Below are positions 38,770-52,685 of a DNA stretch of 64,000 bases, piece after piece. Made by a program: the position numbers and the translations under genes. The DNA comes from Eledone cirrhosa (taxonomy: Eukaryota). Each line of letters opens with the position of its first letter. Within the stretch, counting starts at the first letter, position 1. The notes beneath the pieces are model-generated. The model saw only the letters and a program-made list of their open reading frames with translations. It did no database searches and was not told where the DNA came from. The stretch is from positions 121,706,001-121,770,000 of the forward strand of contig OZ024742.1 of assembly GCA_964016885.1 (NCBI GenBank). Direction: 5' to 3'.

Positions 38770-38960
38770 AAGGATTTTACGGGCAAAGCAAACCGACAGG
38801 AGACCCAGAAATAGACCACGAGCAAGATGGTTGGAGTAAAAGAATTAGCTCGGTTGGTCCCATTCGAGGATCCAGTCGGATAATTTTGGAGAAGGCTGCT
38901 TCTGATATGACCTCTTGGAAAGCGTGTCTGAGGACTCTTCTCCGCCCCAAGACTCTCAGT
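38770..38960 (+). mobile_element. RTE-type LINE 3' fragment
   Basis: Homologous to 61530-61720 and 58999-59200 (KPTGRRPRGRPR..W motif). Confidence 0.65.
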
Positions 38961-40133
38961 AATAAGGGGGGCGGAGGAAGTAGAACTGCTTTTTCAGCTC
39001 CTCTCAGTTTGATAAGCGCTTTTATCAGATGTTTGATTCTCAGGTGTGTACATACTGCCTCACTGGATTCGTTATAAAGAACCTTTATTTCCCCCGCTAT
39101 GCCACTACCGGATGTGATTCAATGGAAAATAATGCAATTGAGCTTAATTTAGAAATAAAAGTTCTTAGTTCAAAACCTGTCATATACAATCTAAACATCC
39201 AGGAATAAGACTGCCTCCACCACCACCTAAATAAAATTTCAGAGATCAAACAGATCAAGACATAGCGTAGATATACATATTAAAGCATATCTAAAACATT
39301 ATATTAAAAGTACAAATATTAATAACCTTATTAAATAATCCATTTTCAAGAAATTATGGCTATTTATTTTTATGATATATTCCGATTTCAAAATCGTGCT
39401 TATATCAAATATATAATGGTAGAAATATAAAAGAATGTATAATGTAAAGCATATAGCCATATATCAACCTTTTACCCACATAAACGTTTGAAATTAGAAA
39501 AAAAGACAACAGCAACAAAAAGCTAAAGTATATATTTAACGGAAACAGTAGGTCTGTGACGTAGTTTAACAAGTTCTTTGCAGAACACGTTTACAATCCA
39601 TTATGCAGAATTTCTTTAGAAATTTTGATGGAATGAGCATTAAATAGAGAGGTTTATAAGTTTTGTATAGCGCCGAATATTGACGTTCTATCTATATATA
39701 GCAGAATTACTCATTCCTAAAGGCTAGCATATTGAATACAACTGAATTTTCATCGTAGTAACTATATCTCCCCCTGATCTTATATATATGAATGATTAAT
39801 TGAACTACCTCAAGGTTATCGAGCTTTGGAATAATGCTTTAACTGAAGCAGGATTAGTTCAGAATAGGAATAACAATAATATTATTTTAACTAGTCCCCT
39901 AATATTGAAATCTATATGATAATATAACCCTGCCAGACAAGAAAAGGAACGTTGATTGGGATTTCCAGGTGTAGTAGAGCAACATTCATAGTGTTGTAAT
40001 GATAACCTAATATGAAAATAAAAGTAAAATCCCTATGGTTATTTAGTTGGGAAATAGAGCAATGAGCAGAAAGTGGAGAATTTAGTGAAACCGAAGAAAT
40101 CAGAGAAGGTCTGTGTAGGCAAATGAGGATTTC

Positions 40134-40340
40134 TGATTTAGGCACAATGACAACAATTTTTGGAGAGGGAAAAGTCGATTAAATCGACCTCGGTGCGTTC
40201 CTGGTACTTTATTATATCGAATCCATAAGGATAAAAGGAAAATCTAATCTCGGCGGGATTTGAACTCAGAACGTAAATGACCGTAACTATATGCTGCAAA
40301 GCATTTTGTCCAATACTCTACCGTTGCTGCCAATCCACCA
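40134..40340 (-). mobile_element. tRNA-derived SINE
   Basis: Same family. Confidence 0.8.
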
Positions 40341-40997
40341 CACTTACATTGACAAAGAATATTACAAACACTCCTACAAAAATTGGAACACATATCATTT
40401 CTACGTTGTAGCCCGAAGTTGATTCAGTTTAAATGAGGATGAGTGATTTGTGTGAAAAGATTTGAGAAAACAAATAGCAAAGTAAACTAATAAAAACATT
40501 TTTTTTCATTATTGTAGTGAAATTGTATTGGTTTAAAATAAAAGTGGACTTACTTATTATAACGTTTTTTGAAATACAAAGCGTGTTAATTCGAAGACAC
40601 AAACGACAATTACCAGTTTTATGATAAACACTAATGACTAAATGTCTCAAGTCCATCGTAATTATGAGTCTTACCTTTATTGATATATATATATATATAA
40701 TTCGGGCTGTTTGTATATATAATTCGGGCTGTTTGTACAAACAAACAAACCGAGCATTATAATAAGTGTTCGGTAAACTGATACGTGCATATATATATAT
40801 GTGTGCATGTATGTATATATATACATACTACTGTACGTCTGTATACATATATGTATGTACGTATACATAATACATACTTACATTTAAGTAAGTGCCGTAC
40901 TAAGAGTGAGGAATGAAATTTCGTTTCATTCTATTCCATATATATATATATATATCTTTAGGTTTGTTGGTTCACCATATTCCTATGTTATATTCCA

Positions 40998-41055
40998 ATA
41001 CCTGATGATATCACCGGATTCATATGGAACCCGGTTATTGAAATGATCATAGTAT
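40998..41055 (+). ncRNA. Minimal hammerhead ribozyme (intact core)
   Basis: atac-CTGATGA-[tatcaccggattc atatg gaacccggttatt]-GAAA-tgatca-TA-gtat-AATAAA; palindromic ATGATCAT; lies in a 160-bp piece between two (TA)n tracts. Confidence 0.8.
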
Positions 41056-41098
41056 AATAAACCTTTCAAGGATTTACACCAGTCCAGCCTCCTGTTAT

Positions 41099-41168
<70 letters not shown>

Positions 41169-41170
<2 letters not shown>

Positions 41171-41892
41171 ATTCACAAGAATCAAAGCTTACAATTGTTT
41201 CATCCAAACCTAGACTATAACTTTCTTCTTCTTCTTCTTCTTCTTCTTCTTCTTCTGCACACATATTCTTTTGATCTATACATATTCTTTTGATCTATAC
41301 AAAAAATACCCTACCACTACAACCACCATAATACTCTTGCTTACCCGCTTAAAGTGCTTGCATTACATGTAACACCTTGCCAGACAATAATCGTATATAA
41401 ATGAGACACACTTGCATGCTTCATGTGTGACTAACGCATACACTATCTACTAGATCTGATTATCAAACTATCCTCTTACATTATCTGTGTTATCTGCCGC
41501 ATGTGTTTTAGTTTTAATTTTAATTTTGATTATGATTTTAAATTTGAATTGCTGCACAAATATAGTATAGTATAATATATTTCACTCCACTGTATGTCAC
41601 TCCATATATATATATATGTATCTGTATGTCTCCTGCCTTTGATAGGAGGTCAATTATATGTACAAGCATTGAAAAATGGTCCGAAGACTCCAAGCCTAGG
41701 TTTGGATGGAACAATTGTAAGTGAATAAATGCTTTGAACATAGCTTTGATTCTTGTGAATTCTATATAACTGCTCTGTAGAACAACTGACGTTATTACAT
41801 TGAGCTATTTATCTTACTGGTAATAAGGTAGTAATAGATTACTGACCTTCACTGTTTAAGGTTTATAATATACATAACTATAAATAGTATCC

Positions 41893-41900
<8 letters not shown>
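41169..41900 (+). mobile_element. Fold-back element with degenerate HHR (41681-41719)
   Basis: 41169-41213 inverted against 41696-41762; CCGAAGA-tccaagc..gtttgga-GGAA-caattg-TA; the left arm retains GAAA. Confidence 0.65.
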
Positions 41901-41938
<38 letters not shown>

Positions 41939-41953
41939 TTAATATAGAAAGGC

Positions 41954-41998
41954 TTCTACAGGACTAGAACTGTTTCATTCGGGAGAAATCATCAGGAT
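41954..41998 (-). ncRNA. Hammerhead ribozyme motif (weak stem I)
   Basis: CTGATGA-tttc tccc gaat-GAAA-cag ttctagtc ctg-TA-gaa; the 18-mer tacaggactagaactgtt recurs at 9214-9231. Confidence 0.6.
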
Positions 41999-42060
41999 TA
42001 CTCTGCTTTGTATTGAGTACCTTACTTACTGTGGCTACCCCCGATTGAACCCGGGATAAA

Positions 42061-42098
<38 letters not shown>

Positions 42099-42100
<2 letters not shown>

Positions 42101-42656
42101 TAGAAGTTGTATTTAATATGTTGGAAGTCCGACAAACATAAATGTTTATAACTGATTTAGAGCACTCAACAAGTTACTGGAGTAAATATTCAATGATATT
42201 AAATAAATGGAAACTATATTTATAAAACGATATTTATTTTATTATATATATTTCAAGGGCAACCAAGACAACATTGGCACGATTTCATCAGATAAAATAC
42301 AAAGTTTGTTTTATAAATAGAGACATACCCATGAAAATCATAACTTATCGGTTGGAAATTCACTGGATAGTGGAAATATATTAGGGATTATTCAAACTTA
42401 ATATATGGAAATATATTAGGGATTATTCACATTTGCATATTCACACATAAGTTTGAATAATCCCTAATACATTTCCACTATCCAGTGAATTTCCAATCGA
42501 TAAGGTATGATTTCCATGGGTATGTCTCTATTTATAAAACAAACTTTGTATTTTATCTGATGAAAGCGTCCCAATATCATCTTGGTTGCCCTTGAAATAT
42601 ATAGAATAAAATAAATATGATTTATAAATATAGTTTACATTTATTTAATATCATTG

Positions 42657-42658
<2 letters not shown>
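42099..42658. mobile_element. Fold-back element with ~210-bp arms, each carrying an HHR (42235-42299 minus; 42549-42613 plus)
   Basis: 42191-42400 is the reverse complement of ~42448-42656; tattttat-CTGATGA..GAAA-tatata-TA-ataaaata (plus copy has U16.1 to G); (TA)n on both sides. Confidence 0.85.
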
Positions 42659-42697
<39 letters not shown>

Positions 42698-44361
42698 TTG
42701 TATATATTCTTTTTTAAATAAGGCTAAATAGTAAGACGCACTATTTAACTTTAATAAGAAATTAATATTTAAATTGTACTTCGGTATTTCGATATTGAGT
42801 ACGGATAAGTCTGCCACAAAACCACCTTGCCTGGGCCTGTGACTCGGATGGGCACTTTCTAAGTGCGAAACCCATGGTCATTAATGACCGCACGGGTTCT
42901 TTACCATTTTATATAAGTGCGAATAAGTGCGAAACCGGTAAAGGAACCAAATAAATATATATATTAAAAAAAAAAAGACTCTAGTTACATTTTCGATTTC
43001 ATCTTTTTTCCTTATACTTACACTCGTGTAGGACACCTCGTTCTTTTTTCATTTTGTAAAAAAACCTCACTTTCTAATATATATATATATATATGTCTTT
43101 TACTTTTATGAATATGATAATGCATGACTTTTATGAATATGATAAGTAATGAAGGCTTCAAATAATGGAGATATGAAAACCTGTCATGTGAAGAAAAGAA
43201 CAACTTTGAAATCAAGAGAAGAAGAAGGGAATATGTCATTATGATGACCAAGAATTTTCTTCAGTGTTGTGCTTAGGAAAGACCTGGCCAGTTTTAGTAT
43301 CAAACCAGACACAGGCCTTCCAAATATCGAGCTACTTGGCTCCCTTCGTTCCATCGTGGAGTGGTAGTAGACCACACAGATAACAATGAAACACCGAAGA
43401 GATGAAATCACACAAAAAATAAATGTATTCACAGTGAACAGGTGATGCTGCTTAGGTTGCATTGATGGAAACTATAGATGCATGCCAGTTATTTTGTGGT
43501 TGGGTCAAGATAAAAGATTCTGATTAAATCAAACAAAAGACAAGATTGTTTTGTATGGCTTTCTTCAATCTCTCAGTTTGAACAAATGGAAACACCCAAA
43601 GTTGACCAGCAACGGCAATAACGACTAAGAATTTGTCATTCCTGTAAGGGTGAAAGTTAAATTCAATTCCAACGAGTTCTGAATACGAAAAGTAAAAATA
43701 TATAACTAAATACCACAGGTCAGGTATTTTGTTTGACGTTCTACCGATTCATCCTTCCACTGTTCTCGTGTTAACTATTATATTTGCCGTTTATGTAGGA
43801 CTGCAGAAGGGATGAAATCATAAGCCTTTCCCTTCTGTCAGTCCTCAATTCTTGGCGGGGCCTATTCATCAGTCGATTTCTTCTGGCTGTGAAAAGAGAG
43901 AAAGGTTAAGAATATAAGAACTCACCTGTGATTTTTAGCAGTGCTACGCAAAAGTTATGAAAGCTAAAGTTGATCCCGACAAGATTTTGGGGTCAGAAAA
44001 AATAAATAGGCAGAACAATAACGGAAACAATTCTGTCCGCCGTTCTAACACCTCTGCCAAGTCGCCCCATTCATAGCAGTATATAACACTATGAATTCTT
44101 AAAACTATTATGGAAGAGATTTTGATGGCAAATTGTGTATTCACCAGTCGATAAACATTGCTTCCAGTTGATATTTGCATTCAGTGTTATAATATATTCT
44201 ACTTAGCAATATAACAGAGTAGTTCAGAGTTTATTATCTTTGTTTTTTATCAAGAATTTTGAAACTATCCTCGATAAAGAATTATCGATTTTAAAAACAT
44301 GATTGTCTTTTCAAATTTTACAGTTTGTTTTTCTTAACTCTCTATTCAATTCTTCTTATTT

Positions 44362-44362
<1 letters not shown>

Positions 44363-44432
<70 letters not shown>

Positions 44433-44600
44433 GTCGTTGTTTCTTTCTGTCGTTCTTTCTTTCACTTTCAATTATTCCCCCCAACACCCTCCCTTTATAT
44501 CTTTATTCTTCCTAATTCTGTTTACCTAACTTTTTGTTCATTTTTCATTTCTTCTTTAATTCCACTGCATCCCATTTCACTACTACTACGCCACCACCGT

Positions 44601-44636
<36 letters not shown>

Positions 44637-44723
44637 CGTTACTACAACTCCTACCACCACCACCGTTACTACTACTACTACTACCACCACCACCGTTACT
44701 ACAACTCCTACCAGCACCACCGT

Positions 44724-44781
<58 letters not shown>

Positions 44782-44935
44782 GCTGCTGCTGCTATTACTA
44801 CTACTACTACCACCACCACCATCACCACTTCTAGTACTCTCTCGTTTCTACTTCTCTATAAATATTCCTCTGTATAAATGTCCTTTTTCATGATCATTAC
44901 TTCCTTCTTCTTCTTCTTCTTCTTCTTCTTCTTCC
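44363..44935. repeat. (TATC)n, compound (TAC/CAC)n and (TTC)n microsatellites
   Basis: Direct observation. Confidence 0.95.
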
Positions 44936-45695
44936 ATTCTATTTATTTCACTGTTACGTTCGTCTCAGTAATAATGACCCTACAAATGATAATAGAATGA
45001 TAGGGTCTAGTAGAGCACCCTACCTAACAACTTGTGTTTTAAGTTTCATTCTTTACATTCTGGCTACCCGCCGAAATACGATTCTCGCTGAATTTATATT
45101 TGTATTAATCTCCCGAGTCTATCAATTAACCAGTTAATTTTTTAAAATAATTCTATTGACTGATTAATTGCTTAAGTTTATTTTAAAAACTACCCGGTCG
45201 AGAGCTTAATTCGATTTGTGTTGTGTTTGCAATTTTTGCATCGATTACACATACTGAATTCATTTGCCAAAATTTGGGGTTTTCTCCCCTGTAGAGTTAC
45301 ACATGTGCTTCAAAACACTGTGTGATTCAAAACGCTGGCGCAGAACAAAATACCTGTTGAGAAAATGATATCCTTGTTCGATCATTATACCAAAGGCTTA
45401 TTTTTTTTTAAGCAGACAGTATTACGGATTTAAGTGTCGCAGAAACCCTGTACTGGATTATACCATCATTTCAAAAGGGGTCCGGGTAAACTTTCTTTCA
45501 TATTTTGTTTGACCCATTTAGCTTGCTTCGTCTTTTGGGCTTAGGTGGTTGATAGCTTCTTAACCGCCGTCTCAGTTTGTATGGCCTTTATAACATATGA
45601 TTATTGCTCTGGTATCTTTTGGTCCATCGAGCGCTTGCCAGACAAATCAGAAATTGAGTTTTGCTTATTTGTACCCGCCGAAATACGATTCTCGG

Positions 45696-45785
<90 letters not shown>

Positions 45786-46184
45786 CGAGTATATATATAT
45801 ATATATATATTTATATATTGGTAAACGGAATAGAAAATGCTGACAAATTGTTCACAGTTGAAAAATGGTTTAATTAGGAATAAAAGAGTATTAGTAATTG
45901 TATGGGTTAGTATTCAGTTGTGGTTTTAAGTTTTTAAGTTTTTACCGGTTGCGCATTTCTAAATGCTTTTCAAAAATAATTTTGAGATAGAGTGTCCGTG
46001 TTGTTTGCTCTAAGCTGATTAGTTTTGGGAATTCTACCTGTTTTTATGTTAAAAAAGTGGCTCCAGCGCTACTTGGTGTTTGCAAAAATTCTTGTGGTCA
46101 AAACAATTTTGATTGGTCGGTAGAGGTCATGTGAATAAAAAATTGGTTTTGCGCCAAGATTGAGAAATGACTCTTTCACAACAA

Positions 46185-46224
<40 letters not shown>

Positions 46225-46700
46225 TAGTAGTAGTAAGGTGTTCGATGTTGTGATAATGGTTAGCAGGGATGTGTGTCAAATGGCTATTAAGATAAGTGTG
46301 TGTGTGTGTGTGTGTGTGTATATAGCAGAGTAATTCGTGGTAGCAGGGATGGTCAGTAAGAATGTGTCTGTAAGCAATGGGGGGTATTTTAACATGTCAA
46401 AAGATATTTTTCAGCTTTTGTCTTATACGGAGAAGTGCGTGTGTGTGTGTGCGTGTATAAGTCTCTTTGTATGTTAATGTACGCGTGTGTATGTGTGTGT
46501 GTATATATGTGTGTGTGTGTGTGTGTGTGAGAATGTGTGTGTGTGTGTGTGGGTGGACCAGTATTTTTTTCCCCCTGGTAAAATGGTGTACATTATTCGA
46601 TTTTTTTCAGTAAAATCGGTTCTCTTAATAGAACATCAAAAATCTTAACAATAAAAGGTGTGAAATGATATTCACTATATATATATACACATACATATAT

Positions 46701-46792
<92 letters not shown>

Positions 46793-46879
46793 TTCATATA
46801 TATATATTTATATATATATATATATATACACATATATTCATATATATATATTTAGATATATATATATATATCGAATAAC

Positions 46880-47400
46880 GTTACTCCAAAGACCCTTTAG
46901 TGGATCCCTATTTCGGTCTCTGTATTCGCGATCGTATTCTTTCGGACATTACTCAAGATTCATGACCATAGGTAAGAGTTGTCTCGTATACTGAAGATAG
47001 CTAGTATGGTATAATCTTCTGATTATTTTATGCTTAAGCTGGTACATTACTGCTCCAGCTCCTGCAATTCTTGCACTAAGTTCAGCCTCTTGCCTTCCAT
47101 CACCCGTGAACCCGGCTTCAAGATACTTGAAATTTTCTACATGCTTTAGTGGGACTCCATTCACAAGAAGAGTGTACTGCACAGGCTTCCTTGAGAGGAC
47201 GAGTGTATCAATGTTCGCAACACTGATTTTCATTCTAGCCATATAACACTCGGCATCAAACCTATTAAGTGCATGTCGGAAATCACCCTTTGACGCGTTA
47301 AGTAATACCATGTCGTCTACAAATTCAAGCCGATTGATCCTACACATGCCAGTTGTTATGCCGCACACACGAGTTAGTCAGAGAACACCGTCTCTATTTA
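46880..47400 (-). mobile_element. RTE-type LINE RT fragment
   Basis: LEFVDDMVLL..MKISVAN..VENFKYLE..DGRQEAELSARIAGAGAVM; homologous to 61150-61420. Confidence 0.8.
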
Positions 47401-50400
47401 AGGCTTTTAACATCTCGGACCGAATTACACTCTCCATAGCGGCCTTGCCACATTTGAACTCTTTAACTGATCTTGTGACCCCCAGCCTCCTAGAGATTAG
47501 TCATCGCTCCAAGATGCAACTCATGTACATCGGATGTTGTTGTCATTGGGTTTAGGAAAAGAAAGGAGAACTCCAGGTGCGTTCCTGATAGCAGATCTGG
47601 AGGAGGACTTCTTATAACGAAGTAGACAGATGCTCTACCAGAACTATTTATTTGCTGATATGAAGTCAAATTACAGCTTAACACCAATGTCCTCCTATGT
47701 CTTAATATTGGACACCTTAACTGTCTCTGCTGCCACTTGTCGTGCCCGCTTGTACGGCAAGTGCAAGAAGGAAGACTTATTTACAAGTCAACGGATGTCA
47801 CAAATGGTGCCCCTACCATCCAATCAGGTGTCCATATATGTATCCATATATGTATCACCGACTTTTGTTTTATATTGTATTCATTGTTTAGCAAAGTAGG
47901 GAATTCACAGAGTTGATAGAACGTCGAGATCCACTTTGCCTTTCGTACTTTATGAGGTTAATAACAGAAGTACAAACCAGTCTAGTATTACAGACGATTC
48001 TTACTCTACAACTTTTCCTCACTTCACTTTTCTCGCTCTCTCATTCTATGAAAGAAATTAACTGTGTTCAGATCTTGTGAGAGGATGATCTTCTCCAGGT
48101 TTAAAGTGTCTAAGAAACGCCATATGTCACTACCGCACCTCTAAGGTTATATAAAGCTAACTCTACTTAAAAAGACCAGTCGTGATTATCCTGTCATTTA
48201 GATGTATTTGTAAAGAGTGGTTGTTGCTTGAGAGAAATTTGGTTGCTACTTCTAACAGGCCATGGTTCCTCCTCTTTTGTTTATATTAGATATATGAAAA
48301 GTAAAATCAGCATCGTTTGTGTTTGGTTTCAGGAATTAACTGATTGAAAGTAAATCCTTCTATGTCTTTAATCCGGCATTTTACTGCTTCTTTCATCTTT
48401 AGCAGGCAATGTGCATCTAACACTATAAATTTCTTACTCTGACACTTAAGGATGCACGTTAGTAATGGAAGGGTATTGTCAGTTTATTTTACCACAATGC
48501 AGGTATAACTCGGCTTACGTCATTTCGAGTTTCGTCATTTTCGAAGTTACAGCGATTTTTCTTAATATTATATGGCAAAAATAAACTTCGTGTTATGTCA
48601 ATTGACTCAAATTTACTCTGATCTGCCAAAACTATTTAACCACAAAAAAACCCCACTAAAAAAGACAAACAAATACATAAATAATAGTGTATACTGTATA
48701 CTGTGTGTATGTTAAAGTACAGCACTGAGTAATTTGACATTCATCGTTTTCGAATCAAGTCTTGACTCTTGGAATCAATTATCGATGTAGAGTGAGGTAT
48801 ACCTATATTTGATATGAATATGTAACGAACCATAGAATTATGACAGACAGTCGATATCGAGAGTGATTTGAACTCAATATATCGACACCTAACTACGTAG
48901 TTCAAGGCCTCTGAATATACACAGAACTAATTCAATCATCTAAAAGGTTAATGTAAGTTAGCGACATCATAGAAACGGTAGAGTGCATGACTACACCAGT
49001 TTTAATGTTAAAGCGACATAAACTATGCATGCAGCATCTAGAGGGGTGTATTGGATAAGATAGCAAACGAATCTTTAATAATATTGACATATAGAAATGT
49101 GTCCTTTAGTTATTATAGCTGATACTGAAATCGAAGAATAAATTATTTAGATTGTTGAACAAAATTACATTTCTTTGAACAGTGTTATCTCTCTAGGTGA
49201 ACTGCATTATATGTGAATTTTGTCAAATTATAAACAGTAACGTGGAACCTTCATTTTATCATATGAGACTAAAGAACTTCAAAGTATTCAAAACAAACCA
49301 GTATGTAAATATGTTTTTAATCTTCCCATTTCAGTAATATCTTAACCATTAACTCATTGCTTGCAGTATGTACTAACTTTTTTCCATAGCAACGACTTCA
49401 TTACTCTCGCTATACCATGTGCTCAGTAACGATTCGTGCATATCAAATTCTCCGTTATTTAAATCTGCTGCAGATATTATGTACATACAAGGCATAGACA
49501 TATCGAGTAAGATGCTGTAATCGTAATTTACTTTAGCTAAATTGTATTGTACAGAGAAACGAGATGAATTTTAAACTAATAGTAGTTGTTCTTCTGTAAC
49601 TATAGGTTGTCGAGATTTTAGCATTCAGAAATAATTATATAAAATTATAATGTTTAAGATATTCTTCAGAATTTATTTGCATTCAGAATTTTAAAAATAT
49701 TTCAGACTCAGTCAATATCTGTGGACAGCATTAAAGTAATGTTTAGTTGAATTCTTATACGATTTTAGGTAGTCATAAATCATTGAACTGTCTATCAATA
49801 AGTATATATTGATACCATGATGGTCAAAGAAATCATAAATGTATAACATCCAGATTTGACCAAACGGAAATACTTTAAAACCTTTTCCTATATCGTTATT
49901 TTATATCATTGCATACATCAGATAAATGGTAATTTAATTATTTTTTATACCCTGTTAGATTTGTTTTTAATAGATATAGTTTGATTTCTTATGCTTTTAG
50001 TTTTACATACTACATGGTTGTTGTAGCTTATTCATATATCATAATTTATATGCGATCTATCACATATCTGCACTTTGTTCTGTGGTAGCCTTTAATCTTC
50101 TACAATTTTATAACCTTCCACCTTTCAGAAGCTCTCTGTAATTTCACACAAAATTTCTGTTCATCTGGTGAAAGTAAACAAGCGTAAATGAAGAAATTTA
50201 ATCCATAACCTGAGATATTCAAATTTTATCATAAATGTCCAGGTTAACATAAAATACTGTCTGATTATTACTGATGTTTCCTATTTAACGATTTTCTTTC
50301 ATGAATAACACTATCACACAACCTTCAAATGCATCACATTACGAACCAACATGATAAGTATAAATGAATATCTAAACTATTTCAGTTCATTGCAGCTTCT

Positions 50401-50730
50401 TATACTGAATTAATATCAAAATTGTTTTGTGGGTTGGGATTTGTATTCTGTTTTGCCCGAGGCTTTGGTTACAAAATTTGCTGTATTCAAATTTCAATGT
50501 TGCACCCCTTGCAATTAATAACACAGAAGCGAACATTTCACATCGATATATAGACCTGGTCAATATAATTGTGTATGGAAGGTTTCATTCATAGTTGTCA
50601 GCCTTTAACTTTCCTAATCACTCTCGACTCGCGAGAAATACTCACAGACAACTGGATTTGCATCCAATCTTCAATAACTCTGAACAATAATATTTAATAA
50701 TTTCTTTCAGGTCTTCATTTAACCTGTTAA

Positions 50731-51000
50731 TTGGCAGATTCGGTAGAACGCTGGATGGAATGCTTTCCACTATTCGTTTCGGCTCTCTGCTCTCAAGAGT
50801 TCAAATCCCGCCAAGGTCAACTTTACCTTTCATCCATTCAAGGTCAATATAAAAAATGCCACTCTAGTACTGGGTCGATTCTTTCTCTATATTTATTTCT
50901 CACTTCCATCCTCTCATTCTCTATCCTTCTCTGGAAGAAATTTGCAGTACGTATGTCAATACAGCGCCCCTACGACTCCCTCCCTCAGGCGTTACGGCAC
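50731..51000 (+). mobile_element. Older SINE with extended tail
   Basis: TGGCAGATTCGG A box, GAGTTCAAATCC B box, central motif. Confidence 0.7.
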
Positions 51001-52375
51001 CATGCATGCATATATTTCAAGGTCAGCTCTATAACTGGTTAGACTATTATATATTTTAACTAGCTAGGAAAGACCCCCTACGAAAATGCCCAATATGCTG
51101 GAAATAACAGCCAACTCTTTCGCAAATCATGCCCATCATAAAATAGTAATTGCATATTGGAGAGTGTATAAAATACATTATGCCTGTAAAAAATAGGACA
51201 GTCACGGCTGGAATGCTGTTTATGGAGTGTCAGCTTAAGGCACACAGGCCTAGAATTTATCAACAATGACAACATATATTCTGGATTTAATAACTCATTT
51301 TAGTCATGTGAATTCTAATGCTAATTAAAATTTTACTATACACGATAGCGGCTGTCTTGATTCCCACCCCTTTAATAAATAGCAGAGTTGTGATTTTAGT
51401 AATAATTTTGCAAGTTATACAGATTAATATAAATAAATTGTAGATTATAAATTCATTGTCAAAAAAAGTTAGGGTTAATTATTTGCAATGATTTCTGTAT
51501 TATAGATAAACAGGGAAGTTACAGCTGGTGGTTAGAGGAATATATAAGGGTTGAGTTAAAGGTAACGTTTGGTCGAGCAAGCAAAGGAGACATCTCCAAA
51601 CATATATGATTCTTCGACTTCAAAAATAGATAGATAGCTTTTAGCATTGCATGAGAATACTGTAGCAACAACTTTGCTATATAGAATATTTATCAGAAAT
51701 TAAATTATCTATAAATGTGTTAAATATAGTTTGTTAAATCCAAATAAAAGAAAATGCAGTAGTTAAAAATTACTTCAACATCTTTCGGCGTCCATCACAC
51801 ATTTTGTAAGAATGTTAACCGTTAAATTAGATATTAAAAAAAAAAAAATATATATATATAAGTACAAAACAATTTAGACAGAAATATACTATTCCTCAAC
51901 GTTTCCATATGAAAAAAGAAACGAATAATTGAGAGAAAGATAAAGAAATAGCGAAAGCAAGAGAAAGGGCGGGATTGAGCAGCAGACTCTACACCCGAAT
52001 CTAGGTGGTATATCCAGCTGCAGCCTATGGATAATATGGAAAAGGCATTGCCGCGGAGAACAAACAGCGACACTCTCTCCCTCAGATACCCTATCTCACC
52101 AGGCTCCTTCCTTGGGCGGGGTAAACGCCTCCATATTTGTGTGATGTAAACAGATTTTATATAAATACATATATCAAGAGAGAATATTGGAGATTCATTC
52201 TTAGTGATAAATTGATGAATTTACGAATTTTCGCTCCAAAATAAATAAATAAATAAATAAATAAAAGATTTTTAATCTATCTTCAGAACAGAATCTTATG
52301 AATACTTGATGAACTAGTTAGCTAATTAATTACTGACTTTTCATACGCACAATGTCTCTGCTGTGTCTCACTCAC

Positions 52376-52685
52376 TAAAACCCATAGTAAAACGTTTGCC
52401 AATCCTTTTACCTGGGGCTGTTAGACAGTCTGGAATCCTTGCCTTACTCATGTCTTTACCATAGAAGTTTGAAACAACCATGAAACATATGTGTATATTT
52501 TGCTGATGTAAATGATCTAAACATTGGTGAGAATACACACAAATAACTGTCGAATGAAAACCAGTGTGGTAGTCGTTTTGACTCGTGTTACACAGGCAAT
52601 ACCTTGTCCCTCTCGCCATCAGAAATACACAAAGCTAGTGATTGGTTCGGTGTTAACTTGTAAAGAACGACTTATCTTTCACTAA
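52376..52685 (-). other. Candidate host exon (5' UTR + start codon)
   Basis: T-rich acceptor ttattttattttatattacAG, GTGAGT donor at 52375, ATG-initiated frame open to the donor; no recognisable homology. Confidence 0.3.
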
